A stretch of DNA of 64,000 nucleotides from an uncultured Gemmatimonadaceae bacterium. Lineage in GTDB: Bacteria > Gemmatimonadota > Gemmatimonadetes > Gemmatimonadales > Gemmatimonadaceae. Each line of letters begins with the position of its first letter. Positions within the stretch are counted from its first letter, which is position 1. The stretch spans positions 928,001-992,000 of the forward strand of contig CAVXGK010000002.1 of assembly GCA_963761305.1 (NCBI GenBank), read 5' to 3'. The notes below the pieces were generated by a model. It saw only the letters and a program-made list of their open reading frames with translations, ran no database searches and was not told the DNA's origin. A program made the translations under genes and the position numbers. Positions 22,068 through 32,059 of this stretch are shown one piece after another.

Positions 22068-24809
22068 CTAGGCTGACGGCGCGGCTTCGAGCGTCCGCGC
22101 GACCTGTTCCTTGCGGTAACACTCGATGACGTCGCCGACCTTGATGTCGTTGAAGTTCTCGACGCCGATGCCGCACTCGAAGCCTTCACGCACTTCGCGC
22201 ACGTCGTCCTTGAAGCGGCGCAGCGATGCGAGGATACCGTCGAAAACCTCCACACCGTCGCGCACGACGCGCACGCGGCCCTGGCGGTTGATGACGCCAC
22301 TCCGCACCGAGCAGCCGGCGATCGTGCCGATGCGAGAGATCTTGAAGACCTCGCGGACCGCCGCCTCGCCGAGAATGACCTCGCGCTCTTCGGGACGGAG
22401 CATGCCTTCCATCGCCGAGCGGACGTCGGCCACCGCCTCGTAGATGATGCGGTACAGCTTGATCTCGACGCCTTCGCGCTCGGCCGCCGTGCGCGCGTTG
22501 TTGTCCGGACGCACGTGGAAGCCGATGATGATCGCGCCGGCGGTCTTGGCGAGCAGGATGTCGCTCTCCGTGATCGCGCCCACACCGCGGTGCACGACGT
22601 CGACCTTGACCTCGGGCCCGGAGAGCCCGATCAGTGCGTCGGCGAGCGCTTCCGCCGGACCGCCTTGGTCGGCCTTGATCAGCACGTTGAGCGTGCGAAC
22701 GCCGCCCGTGGCCGCCTGCGCCATGAAATCTTCGAGCGTGACCCCGGCGCGGTTGCCGCGGCGGCTCTTCGCCTCGCGGTCGAGACGCTCGCGACGCTGC
22801 GCGACTTCACGCGCCGACGCCGCGTCCTCGACGACGAGCAACTGATCGCCCGCCATGGGGACGCCCTGGAAGCCGAGGATCTGCACGGGAATCGCGGGGC
22901 TGGCGAGCTTGACCGCCTTGCCGCGTTCGTCGAACAGATTGCGGACGCGGCCCGAGTACATGCCGCAGATGAAGTCGTCGCCGACCCTGAGCGTGCCGTT
23001 CTGCACGAGCACCGTGGCAACGGGGCCCTTCCCCGCATCGAGCGACGCTTCGATGACCGTGCCCGCCGCGCGACGATTCGGATTCGCCTTGAGGTCGAGA
23101 ATTTCCGCCTGCAGGAGAATCTGGTCGAGCAATTCGCCGATGTGCGTGCCCTTCTTGGCCGAGATCTCGGTCGAGAGCACGTTGCCGCCGAACTCCTCGA
23201 GGACGACGCCGTGCTGCAGGAGCTCCTGCTTGACCTTCCCCGGATTCGCCTGCGGCAGATCGATCTTGTTGATGGCGACGATGAGCGGCACGCCGGCGTT
23301 CTTGGCGTGCGAGATCGCCTCGATCGTCTGTGGCATGACCGAGTCGTCCGCGGCGACGACCAGGACGACGATGTCGGTCACCTGCGCGCCGCGGGCGCGC
23401 ATCGCGGTGAACGCCTCGTGGCCCGGCGTGTCGAGGAAGGTGATGTTCTTGCCGTTCGGCAGCGAGACGTGGTACGCGCCGATGTGCTGCGTGATGCCGC
23501 CCGCTTCGCCCGCGACGACGTTCGCCTTGCGGATGTAGTCGAGCAGTGACGTCTTGCCGTGGTCGACGTGGCCCATGATGGTCACGACCGGCGGACGAGA
23601 AACCAATTCCTCCGGCTGGTCCACCTCGGTTTCGACGCCGGGGACCTCGGCTTGATATTCGTCTTCGCGCACGGCCTGGAAGCCGAACTCGCCGGCGATC
23701 AACTCGATCTGGTCGAAGTCGAGTCGCTGGTTGATGGTCACCATGAGCCCCATCTCCTTGAACGCGAACGCGACGATCTGAGTCGCGGGCGCCTTGAGGA
23801 TCTGGGCGAGCTCACTCACGGTGATGAATTCGTTGACGCGAACGGTCTTTCGCTCGCGCTCGGCCTGGGCGGCGCGTGCCGCCTCGAGGTCCTCACGAGT
23901 TCCACGACGCATGTCGCTCGCGTTACGCCGTGAGGGCGCGCCGCGCATCGACGCCATCGTCTTTGCGATGTTCGCATCCACCGCTTCCTGGTCGACGGCG
24001 CCTCGCTTGCCCTTCTTGCGACGTCCGCCGCCACGATCGATGGTGCCGGCGCTCGGCGCCGCGCCGCCTCCTCCGCCACCACCCATGCCACCGCCAGGCC
24101 GCTTGTCGTCACGACGCGGCGGCGCTGCCCCTCCACCCGGTGCGGCGGAGGCGATGGGACGCGGCGGGAATCCTCCGCTGCTCGCGATCGGACGCGGACG
24201 CGGCGCGCCCGGCGTAATCGGTCTCGGACGGGGACGATCCGGCGACGGCGCGGTCGGCGCCGCCGTCGCGCTCGCGCGCGCACCGTCGGCCGCCACCGCG
24301 GGTCGTGTGATCTCCTGTTCGCGCTCTTCGCGCTCCTCGAGCTCGGCTTCGGCGGCTTCCTCTCGCGCGCGACGTTCTTCCTGGATGCGCACCATCTCGG
24401 CTCGCTCCGCTTCGAGGCGCGCCGCCTCGGCGGCCTCGGCCTGGTCGCGCGCATCGGCGGCAGCCTGCGCGGCCGCGGCGGCGGCAGCTTGCTCTTCGGC
24501 GGCAGCCTGCACGTCGGCGGCCTTTCGGCGACGACGGAGCGGCGCCTCGGCCGATGCTGGCGCGACCGCCACTTCGGGCACCGCCGCGGTCGTGCGGCGA
24601 CGCCGCGCCGCGGGCGCCGGAGCGGCCTTCTGCTCGGCGCGTACGCGTTTCTCGCGTTCCCATCGGGCACGGACGCGCGCGACTTGATCGTCCGTGAGCA
24701 GGCTCACGTGGCTGCGAAACGGAATGTCCATCTGACGAAGTAGCGACGCTACTTCGTCAGATGGCATTCCGAATTCATTCGCCAATTCGCCCACTGAGAG
24801 CTTGCTCAA
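22068..24809 (-). CDS. infB: Translation initiation factor IF-2
   Basis: RPPVVTIMGHVDHGKT, DTPGHEAF, NKID and GFECGIG. Confidence 0.98.
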   Translation of the reverse strand: MSKLSVGELANEFGMPSDEVASLLRQMDIPFRSHVSLLTDDQVARVRARWEREKRVRAEQKAAPAPAARRRRTTAAVPEVAVAPASAEAPLRRRRKAADVQAAAEEQAAAAAAAQAAADARDQAEAAEAARLEAERAEMVRIQEERRAREEAAEAELEEREEREQEITRPAVAADGARASATAAPTAPSPDRPRPRPITPGAPRPRPIASSGGFPPRPIASAAPGGGAAPPRRDDKRPGGGMGGGGGGGAAPSAGTIDRGGGRRKKGKRGAVDQEAVDANIAKTMASMRGAPSRRNASDMRRGTREDLEAARAAQAERERKTVRVNEFITVSELAQILKAPATQIVAFAFKEMGLMVTINQRLDFDQIELIAGEFGFQAVREDEYQAEVPGVETEVDQPEELVSRPPVVTIMGHVDHGKTSLLDYIRKANVVAGEAGGITQHIGAYHVSLPNGKNITFLDTPGHEAFTAMRARGAQVTDIVVLVVAADDSVMPQTIEAISHAKNAGVPLIVAINKIDLPQANPGKVKQELLQHGVVLEEFGGNVLSTEISAKKGTHIGELLDQILLQAEILDLKANPNRRAAGTVIEASLDAGKGPVATVLVQNGTLRVGDDFICGMYSGRVRNLFDERGKAVKLASPAIPVQILGFQGVPMAGDQLLVVEDAASAREVAQRRERLDREAKSRRGNRAGVTLEDFMAQAATGGVRTLNVLIKADQGGPAEALADALIGLSGPEVKVDVVHRGVGAITESDILLAKTAGAIIIGFHVRPDNNARTAAEREGVEIKLYRIIYEAVADVRSAMEGMLRPEEREVILGEAAVREVFKISRIGTIAGCSVRSGVINRQGRVRVVRDGVEVFDGILASLRRFKDDVREVREGFECGIGVENFNDIKVGDVIECYRKEQVARTLEAAPSA

Positions 24810-25156
24810 ACATCCTCCTGACCGGTTCGAGGACGGCTCGTAGAATCGAGCGCTCGAACCCCGGCAGCCAACTGCCGATCAATGATGCCAACGACGGCCG
24901 TTTGGTCGCGGCCGACGGCGGCGCCAAGCGCCGCAGCGGAAGGTACTTCCATAAAGTTAACTCGCCGAGCTTGCAGCAGCGGCACGATCTTATCTCGACT
25001 GTTGACTGAGGCGTCGGTTGCTACCACCGCGAACTGCAACGTGTTTCGCCTCGCTGCTTCACGTACTTGTTTCACTCCAACCACCGCACCGCGACTTCGC
25101 ACGCCGAGGCCCAACAGGCGAAAGACCCGCGAGGTGATCTCGGCGTCGGTTGTCAC
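24806..25156 (-). CDS. L7Ae/L30e-family RNA-binding protein (YlxQ-like)
   Basis: LLGLGVRSRGAVVG, ATDAS and LGAAVGR. Canonical position between nusA and infB. Confidence 0.85.
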   Translation of the reverse strand: MTTDAEITSRVFRLLGLGVRSRGAVVGVKQVREAARRNTLQFAVVATDASVNSRDKIVPLLQARRVNFMEVPSAAALGAAVGRDQTAVVGIIDRQLAAGVRALDSTSRPRTGQEDV

Positions 25157-26517
25157 GCCGCTGAGTTCCCCCCAGCCCCGCCCTCTCCTCCCGCTCCGCC
25201 CGCTTCTTCGCGCTCGGCGCTGGCGTCCTCCGTCGTGAGCTCATCGATCATCGCCATGATGCGATCGGCTTCCTCAGGCGCAATGCCGGGGAGCTTCAAG
25301 AAGTCCTCTCTTTCGAGGTCGATGATGTCGTTCAACGTTCGATAGCCGGCCTCGGCGAGTACGGCGACGGTCGCCGGCGGCATGCCGCCGATGTCCGTCA
25401 AGCGAACGTCGGCCATCTCTTCGGTTTCGGCGGGGAGCGGCGCGAAGATCTGGCCTTCACCGCCGCGCTCCATCCACTCCCGGCTGGAGTAGAGGTCGAT
25501 CTTCCAGCCAGTGAGCTCCGAGGCCAACCGAACGTTCTGGCCGTTCCGCCCGATGGCGAGCGAGAGCTGGTCCTCGTCGACGACCGCCTGGATGGTCTTG
25601 GTGCTCGGATCGCTGAACACGCGCGCGACCTTGGCCGGCGCGAGCGCCAGCTTGGCGAAGCGCTCCGGATCGGGCGACCAGGGCACGATGTCGATGCGTT
25701 CGCCGTTCAACTCGTTGACGACCGCCTGGACGCGCGAGCCCTTGAGGCCGACGCACGCACCGACGGGATCGATCGAGTCGTCGCGCGAGAAGACGGCGAT
25801 TTTTGTCCTGCTGCCGACTTCGCGGGCGGCGGCGCGGATCTCGACGATGTTCTGCTGGATCTCGGGGACTTCGAGCTTGAAGAGCGCCTTGACGAAGAGC
25901 GGGTCGCCGCGGCTCAGCACGAGGCGCGGCCCTTTGGGCGTTTCCTCGACGCGCTTCAACACGGCGCGAATCGGCTCGCCCTGGTGAAAGTGTTCGCGAT
26001 GATTCTGTTCGCGATACGGAATGATCGCTTCCGCCTCACGGAACTTGTTGAGCATGACGACCAGCTTCCCGCGCTCGATCTGCTGGATTTCGCCGGAGAG
26101 CAGGTCGCCGACGCGCGTCGCGAACTCGTCGCGGATGCGGGTGCGCTCGCCTTCGCGGACCCGCTGGATGATGCGCTGCTTCGCGGCCTGGACGGCGGCG
26201 CGGCCGAAGACGGCGAAGTCGATGGGTTCCTCCATGACGTCGCCGGGCTCGAAGCTCTCGTCGAACGCCTTGGCGTCCTCGAGAGAGATCTGGTTGCTCG
26301 AATCCTCGACGGTTGCCACGACCGTCTTGAGGAGCACGATCCTGATGTCGCCCTTGCCGTCGTCGATCTCGACTTCGGCCTGGACATTGGGACCGTACTT
26401 CTTGGCGAGGGCGGCGAGGATTCCGTCCTGGAGCAACGCGTACAATTCCGCGCGGTCGAGCTGCTTGCTGTTCGAGACCTCGCGGAACGCGGACAAGATT
26501 TCTGTCGAGCTGACCAT
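25153..26517 (-). CDS. nusA: Transcription termination factor NusA
   Basis: FGRAAVQAAKQRI, DPVGACVGLKGSRV and SLAIGRNGQNVRLAS. Confidence 0.97.
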   Translation of the reverse strand: MVSSTEILSAFREVSNSKQLDRAELYALLQDGILAALAKKYGPNVQAEVEIDDGKGDIRIVLLKTVVATVEDSSNQISLEDAKAFDESFEPGDVMEEPIDFAVFGRAAVQAAKQRIIQRVREGERTRIRDEFATRVGDLLSGEIQQIERGKLVVMLNKFREAEAIIPYREQNHREHFHQGEPIRAVLKRVEETPKGPRLVLSRGDPLFVKALFKLEVPEIQQNIVEIRAAAREVGSRTKIAVFSRDDSIDPVGACVGLKGSRVQAVVNELNGERIDIVPWSPDPERFAKLALAPAKVARVFSDPSTKTIQAVVDEDQLSLAIGRNGQNVRLASELTGWKIDLYSSREWMERGGEGQIFAPLPAETEEMADVRLTDIGGMPPATVAVLAEAGYRTLNDIIDLEREDFLKLPGIAPEEADRIMAMIDELTTEDASAEREEAGGAGGEGGAGGNSAA

Positions 26518-26536
26518 CCAGGACTCCCTCGTCGAT

Positions 26537-26995
26537 TTACATGTGGAACGCCAACCGCGCCTCCTTGATTGCCGACAGCGGAATTCGGCGCATTTTTCCG
26601 CCTTCGAGCTCGAGCACCGCGACTTCGTCCGACCCTGCGTCGCCCTCGATCGCGACGATCCGCCCTTCGACACGACCACCGTGCTCCGGACTCAGCACGT
26701 TGGCCCACTCGCCGACGAACCGCCGCCAGTCGGCGCTCGAACGAAGCGGGCGCTCACCCGGCGACGACACTTGCAGCACGTACTGCGGCGCGACGATCGT
26801 GCTGTTGTCGAGGCGCGCTTCGAGCGCGCGCGACGCCACCGCACAATCGTCGACCGTCACCGCCGACCCGTCGCGCCGATCGATGCGAACCTCGATCAGC
26901 GGCCGGTTCCGCGTCCCGCCCCTGCGGAGTTCGACGAGGTCGTACCCGACCGCATCAAGCTCCTGTCTCGCAACGTCTTCCAGCGCGTCCTTCAC
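26537..26995 (-). CDS. rimP: Ribosome maturation factor RimP
   Basis: VTVDDCAVASRAL, YVLQVSSPGERPL and IKEARL. Start inferred as GTG 26995. Confidence 0.9.
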   Translation of the reverse strand: MKDALEDVARQELDAVGYDLVELRRGGTRNRPLIEVRIDRRDGSAVTVDDCAVASRALEARLDNSTIVAPQYVLQVSSPGERPLRSSADWRRFVGEWANVLSPEHGGRVEGRIVAIEGDAGSDEVAVLELEGGKMRRIPLSAIKEARLAFHM

Positions 26996-27019
26996 ATCGT
27001 GTCGAGGAAGTCGTGAAGA

Positions 27020-27052
27020 ACAAAAAAATGTGGGGAGCCTCCCCCACATTTT
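27020..27052 (-). promoter_or_regulatory. rimP leader terminator/attenuator hairpin
   Basis: AAAATGTGGGG-GAGGCT-CCCCACATTTT followed by TTGTT, in the 5' leader of rimP-nusA. Confidence 0.75.
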
Positions 27053-27176
27053 CACTCGCGGCCACCGAGACCGCGCAGCACGAAGAATGTAACGCCCGGA
27101 ACGGAACGCGGGAAGGGGGCGGTCACCCGCCATCACCTTCCCGCGTCACTCCGTAAAACTAACTACGAGCGCGCCG

Positions 27177-27884
27177 TTACGGCGCGCCCGTCACTGCAAA
27201 CGTCTGAATAGCGCCCGACGGCCCCGTGGCGACCACCGTCGCCGTCCCGGGCGTGGGGTTCGTCGCCAGCACTACCGAAGCCGTGCCGGTGGCGTCGGTC
27301 ACGGTCGAGGTGGCGCTCAACGCACCGCCGCCGCTCGTGATGGCCCACGTTACCGTGGCACCAGCAACCCCGCTGCCGTTCGCATTCGTCACTTGAACGA
27401 CCAGCGGCTGCGAATTCGTGCCCGCCGTGACCGTCTGATTGTCGCCGCTGACCTTCAGCAACGACGTCACCGACGCAATCACGTTCGCCGTGATCGTCAC
27501 CGACGCGCCGATCGGAATCGACGCGACCAGCGAATCCGTGCCCACCGCCAAACCGACCGTCCAGTTCGTGGTCGCGTCACCCGTGGCGTTCGTGATGCTC
27601 GTGGCCTGGCTGACCGAGCCACCGGCCCCCACGACGGCCCACGACACGACTGCACCCGCGAGCGGGTTGTTGTTCTGATCCGTCACGTGCACGCTGACTG
27701 GATTCGGCAGCAACGAGCCTGCCACTGCTGTCTGCCCGCTGCTCCCGGCGTTCGCCGTAATGAATGTTGCCACGAGCACGGCGAGGTTATTGTCGCTGTC
27801 GCTGCAACCGACCGCGACCATGGCCCCGAACGCCGTAAGCATCGCCAGCGATGCACGCGTGACTTTCACCGTCTCCTTCACCAT
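27177..27884 (-). CDS. Lipoprotein with two bacterial Ig-like (Big_1/invasin-type) domains
   Basis: GGAGG RBS, lipobox AVGC, and two repeats of VxVTDxNxxPLAGAxVxW...TxATGxA. Confidence 0.8.
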   Translation of the reverse strand: MVKETVKVTRASLAMLTAFGAMVAVGCSDSDNNLAVLVATFITANAGSSGQTAVAGSLLPNPVSVHVTDQNNNPLAGAVVSWAVVGAGGSVSQATSITNATGDATTNWTVGLAVGTDSLVASIPIGASVTITANVIASVTSLLKVSGDNQTVTAGTNSQPLVVQVTNANGSGVAGATVTWAITSGGGALSATSTVTDATGTASVVLATNPTPGTATVVATGPSGAIQTFAVTGAP

Positions 27885-28077
27885 GACCCTACCTCCCATC
27901 CCGCTGCGTTGACTGTTTGCGTTCTCGCAGGCCTAGGACTTCAGCTTCTTCGCCGATGCCGCTCCTGCGACGACACGGGAACCGGGCGTTGACGACCCGT
28001 GGTCCCGTCCGTTCTTTTCAGGAAGAGAACGAACCGAGTTGGTCCTTCCCTCGCTCTCCTCCAGAAAATCCACCACG

Positions 28078-28863
28078 ATGTGGTCAAGAACTGCGCCGAC
28101 GACGGCGGGTTTCGTCTTGTTCGCGGTGTCCACCGCGTTCGCGCAGCGAGACACGCTCCCAACCGCACCACGCGATCGACTCTCGATCGTTGCCGGGTTC
28201 GCCGACAGCCAGCACCGCGACGCGTCGGTCTCGCCGCTCACGTTCAACGGAACCGGCTATAACACTTCCGGTAGCTACGAACACTTCAGCGCACACAGCA
28301 CGTTCAGCGTCGACGCGACGTGGGACGCGCAACACTTTCGCCCGCAAGACGCTGCGATCGACGCCAACGAGCGCGTCCTGCAAGGCAGCGTCCGCGTATC
28401 GTCGATGCGAAGCATCGGCGATACGCGTGCCTGGACGTTTTCCGCGGGCGTGTCGGGCGCGGTCTGGGGCATCGACACCCAGCATCAGTACGCCGATCCA
28501 GACGGCAGTCGCGCCGGCTTCTTCGCCGCGTTCGCGACGATCGGTCCGGCAGTCGTCGTGCGCCGCGCCATCGCCGGCGGCGCCGCTCAGTTCGCGATCG
28601 ACGCGCCGCTATTCGGGTTCTCTGATCGCAGCTATTCCGTCGCCGCGGACCAGTCCGTGTTCGACCTGCGGCGCATCGGCCCGCGCGAGATCGGCGCGAT
28701 GAACGGCGCTCTGGCGTACACGCCGCCGCCGCTGCACGATCTCGGGCTGGTCTTCGCGTATCATTTCTCGTTCTTGAATTACCGCGACGCCCAGCCGCTC
28801 CGCACCGTCTCGCAGAGTTTCTCGTTCGGACTCTCGCGCTACTTCGGTCGCGGCGCCCCATGA
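28078..28863 (+). CDS. Hypothetical exported protein, probable outer-membrane beta-barrel
   Basis: Signal peptide (AFA|Q), RDASVSPLTFNG, alternating aromatic beta-strands and C-terminal FSFGLSRYF. Coupled (ATGA) to the S41 gene. Confidence 0.65.
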   Translation: MWSRTAPTTAGFVLFAVSTAFAQRDTLPTAPRDRLSIVAGFADSQHRDASVSPLTFNGTGYNTSGSYEHFSAHSTFSVDATWDAQHFRPQDAAIDANERVLQGSVRVSSMRSIGDTRAWTFSAGVSGAVWGIDTQHQYADPDGSRAGFFAAFATIGPAVVVRRAIAGGAAQFAIDAPLFGFSDRSYSVAADQSVFDLRRIGPREIGAMNGALAYTPPPLHDLGLVFAYHFSFLNYRDAQPLRTVSQSFSFGLSRYFGRGAP

Positions 28864-29876
28864 AGCGCCGTCGCCTCGCCGTGTTGGCCGTCGCCATCTT
28901 CGCGGTGGCGTGCTCGGAGTCCCTCGTCGGACCGCCGGCCGCCACGGATTACGGCTCGATGTTCGACGACCTGTGGAACCAGTTCGATCTGCACTACTCC
29001 TACTTCGCGCTCGCCAACGTGAATTGGGACTCGCTCGGCAAGCACTATCGCCCGCTCGCGGTCTCGGCGCCCGACGACAGCCGGTTCGCACGGGTGCTGG
29101 CGACGATGCTGGCCCAGTTGAAGGACATGCACGTGTCGCTCACGCCGGGAAGCGCGGCCAGCACCATGCGCTACGTGTCGCGATGGGATACGGCCGCCAC
29201 GTATTTCGATCAGGCCGTGACGATGGTCCGATACCTCCCCGCCATCAACGCGACGGCGGATGGAGAGGTGCAATTCGGATTCGTCTCCGACTCGGTGGGC
29301 TACGCGCGGATCGCGTCGTTCGACGGCGGCGGGGCGGGCGACATGGACGAAGTGATTCGTGGCCTGCCCGGAGCGCGCGCGCTCATCATCGACGTGCGCG
29401 ACAACCTTGGCGGCAACTACGTCCTCGCCGCCGACATGGCGCACCGCTTCGCCGACCGGCATCGCGTGTACGGCTACGTGCGACGCCGCAACGGACCGCG
29501 GCACGACGACTTCACCGACTACATCGAAGAGACGATCGAGCCGAGCGGCGTCCACTTCGGCGGCCGGGTAATCGTGCTGGCGAACCGGCATTCGTTCAGC
29601 AGCGCCGAGGATTTCGTGCTGGCGATGCGGGCGATCCCCGGCGTCTCCATCGTCGGCGACACGACCGGCGGCGCCTCCGGAGGACCGATCGTTCGCGAGC
29701 TGTCCAACGGCTGGACGTACGAGCTCTCGGAGTGGATCGAGTACACGCCCGACCGGGCCAGCTTCGAGTCGATCGGTCTCGCGCCGACGGTCGTCGTCAA
29801 GAGTACGGCCGCCGACGAGGCGCGCGCCGTCGATCCGGTGCTCGATCGCGCGCTCCAGCTGGCGAAACAACCGTGA
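28860..29876 (+). CDS. S41-family peptidase lipoprotein (tricorn C1 plus catalytic domain)
   Basis: Lipobox AVAC, FDDLWNQFDLHYSYF, LKDMHV, IIDVRDNLGG, SFSSAEDF and VGDTTGG. Confidence 0.92.
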   Translation: MKRRRLAVLAVAIFAVACSESLVGPPAATDYGSMFDDLWNQFDLHYSYFALANVNWDSLGKHYRPLAVSAPDDSRFARVLATMLAQLKDMHVSLTPGSAASTMRYVSRWDTAATYFDQAVTMVRYLPAINATADGEVQFGFVSDSVGYARIASFDGGGAGDMDEVIRGLPGARALIIDVRDNLGGNYVLAADMAHRFADRHRVYGYVRRRNGPRHDDFTDYIEETIEPSGVHFGGRVIVLANRHSFSSAEDFVLAMRAIPGVSIVGDTTGGASGGPIVRELSNGWTYELSEWIEYTPDRASFESIGLAPTVVVKSTAADEARAVDPVLDRALQLAKQP

Positions 29877-29907
29877 TCGGCCGACTCGCGCGAGGTTCGC
29901 GCGCGAG

Positions 29908-30615
29908 TCAGCCGAGCGACGCGATCATCACGCCGAGTTGCCGTCCGCCGTCGCCGGCGCGATGCGAGAAGAAGCGATCGTTGTTGTGGCGGGTGCACCA
30001 CGGGCTGATCGTGACGTCGCGCACGCCGGCGCGTTGCGCATGCTCGGCGATCAGGGCGCGCAGATCCACCCGCGTCGGCCGCCCGGGGTTGGTGCCGGTG
30101 AGCTCGGCGTACACGTCGCCCCTGACTTCATAACAGTCGCCGCAGATCGCCGGCCCCAGATGCATCCTGAGGTCGGCCGCCGGAACGCCGCGCTTGGCCA
30201 GCGTGTCGATCCCGCGCTCGACGATCCGCGCCGCCGTGCCGCGCCAACCGGAGTGCAGCAGCGCGAGCGCGCCCGACTCGTGCGCGATGAAGACCGGAAC
30301 GCAGTCGGCGACGGTGACGGCGAGCGCGGTTCCCCGCTCCATCGCGACGTGTCCGTCGGCGTTGTCGGCGCGAAGCCACCCCTCCCAACACGTGGCGTGC
30401 ACGAGCACCGTCGAACCGTGCACCTGGCTGGCGGTGGCGAGACGCGGCCCGGCGCGTCGCAGCTCATCTCGCAGGGCCGACCAGCGCTCGGTCACGACCT
30501 TGGCCGGATCGTCGCTCGACATGCCGAAGCTGCCGACGTCGCGGGTCGTGGTGAAGGCGAGCACGCCGAGGTCGGCGAACCCCGGCGCGATCTCCGATTG
30601 ACCCACGACGTTCAT
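29908..30615 (-). CDS. pgeF: PgeF/YfiH-family protein
   Basis: [28 protein letters not shown] and FFSHR. Confidence 0.9.
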   Translation of the reverse strand: MNVVGQSEIAPGFADLGVLAFTTTRDVGSFGMSSDDPAKVVTERWSALRDELRRAGPRLATASQVHGSTVLVHATCWEGWLRADNADGHVAMERGTALAVTVADCVPVFIAHESGALALLHSGWRGTAARIVERGIDTLAKRGVPAADLRMHLGPAICGDCYEVRGDVYAELTGTNPGRPTRVDLRALIAEHAQRAGVRDVTISPWCTRHNNDRFFSHRAGDGGRQLGVMIASLG

Positions 30616-31910
30616 GAATGCCGTCGTTCGTCCACGCGCTCGATCCGCGCGCCAAGCCCGCGCAGCCGCTCGTCGATGCGCTCGTAGCCGCGCTCGATCT
30701 GCCCGACGTTGTTGATCGTGCTCTCGCCGTCGGCGCAGAGCGCGGCGAGCACCATCGCCATGCCGGCGCGAATGTCCGGCGATTCAACGACGCTGCCGCG
30801 CAACCGCGACGGGCCCGCCACGAGCGCGCGATGCGGATCGCAAAGCACGATGCGTGCGCCCATCCCCACGAGCTTGTCGACGAAGAAGAGGCGCGACTCG
30901 AACATCTTTTCATGTATGAGCACGAGGCCCGTGCACTGCGTGGCGGTCACGAGCGCGATCGACATGGTGTCCGCCGGAAACGCCGGCCACGGCTGGTCCT
31001 CGAGCTTGGGCACGTGTCCCCCGAGGTCGCTCTGGATCACGCGCTCCTGGTCGGCGGGAATGACGAGATCGTCGCCCTCGATCGTGCACGAGATGCCGAG
31101 CCGGGCGAAGCCCATCAACGTCGAACGCAGATGCTCGACGCCGGCGTCCTGGATGCGCAGCGTCGACCGGGTCACGGCCGCAAGCCCGATGAACGACCCG
31201 ACCTCGATGTGGTCGGGTCCGATGCGGTATGTGCCACCGTGAAGCGGCTTTCCACCCTGAATCGTCAGCAGGTTGGTGCCGATTCCCTGGATGTCCGCGC
31301 CGAGCGTCACGAGGAACCGGCAGAGGTCCTGCACGTGCGGCTCGCACGCGGCGTTGCGAAGGAGGGTCGTCCCCGTCGCCGCCACGGCGGCCATGATCGC
31401 GTTCTCGGTGCCCGTGACACTCGGCTCGTCGAGAAACACGTCGGCGCCGCGCAATCCGGGCGTGGTGAGGCGGAAGCTGTCATTGAGCTCGAACGACGCG
31501 CCCAGACGCTCGAGGGCGAGAAAGTGCGTGTCGACCCGGCGGCGGCCGATGACGTCTCCGCCGGGCGGCGGAAGCTCGATCTGGCCGCATCGCGCGAGCA
31601 GCGGTCCCGCGAGCAGGATCGACGCGCGTATCTTTCGGCAGAGCACGGGGTCGAGGGTCGCCGCCCGGACGGTCTTGGCGTGCACATGCAGCGTGTTGCG
31701 CGCCTCCCAGCCGATGTCGGCGCCGGTCGATGCGACGAGTTCGACGAGGGTCTCGACGTCGCGAATGCGTGGGACGTTTTCGAGCGTGACCCGCTGGTCG
31801 GTGAGCAGAGCGGCGCACACGATCGGGAGCGCGGCGTTCTTGTTGCCGGAGGGGCGGACGGCGCCCGAGAGGGGCGAGCCGCCGTGAACGAGGAACTGCG
31901 TAGCCGTCAT
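30612..31910 (-). CDS. murA: UDP-N-acetylglucosamine 1-carboxyvinyltransferase
   Basis: [30 protein letters not shown] and IERGYE. Confidence 0.96.
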   Translation of the reverse strand: MTATQFLVHGGSPLSGAVRPSGNKNAALPIVCAALLTDQRVTLENVPRIRDVETLVELVASTGADIGWEARNTLHVHAKTVRAATLDPVLCRKIRASILLAGPLLARCGQIELPPPGGDVIGRRRVDTHFLALERLGASFELNDSFRLTTPGLRGADVFLDEPSVTGTENAIMAAVAATGTTLLRNAACEPHVQDLCRFLVTLGADIQGIGTNLLTIQGGKPLHGGTYRIGPDHIEVGSFIGLAAVTRSTLRIQDAGVEHLRSTLMGFARLGISCTIEGDDLVIPADQERVIQSDLGGHVPKLEDQPWPAFPADTMSIALVTATQCTGLVLIHEKMFESRLFFVDKLVGMGARIVLCDPHRALVAGPSRLRGSVVESPDIRAGMAMVLAALCADGESTINNVGQIERGYERIDERLRGLGARIERVDERRHS

Positions 31911-31991
31911 GTGCCGGAATCGCTCGCGTGATGGTGTGGTCGGAGCGAAGAATGACCGGGGGGCCAAGCCAAGGTCAATGCCGCGGGTCGC

Positions 31992-32020
31992 TTGCACTCG
32001 TCTTCGGTGTTCCGTAGGAT
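31992..32020 (+). promoter_or_regulatory. Putative sigma70 promoter for the DUF948-like/YtxH-like/PLC genes
   Basis: TTGCAC-17 bp-TAGGAT. Confidence 0.5.
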
Positions 32021-32059
32021 GCGGCCCGGTGGAATCGTCACTTTCGAGCCCTGCGCACG

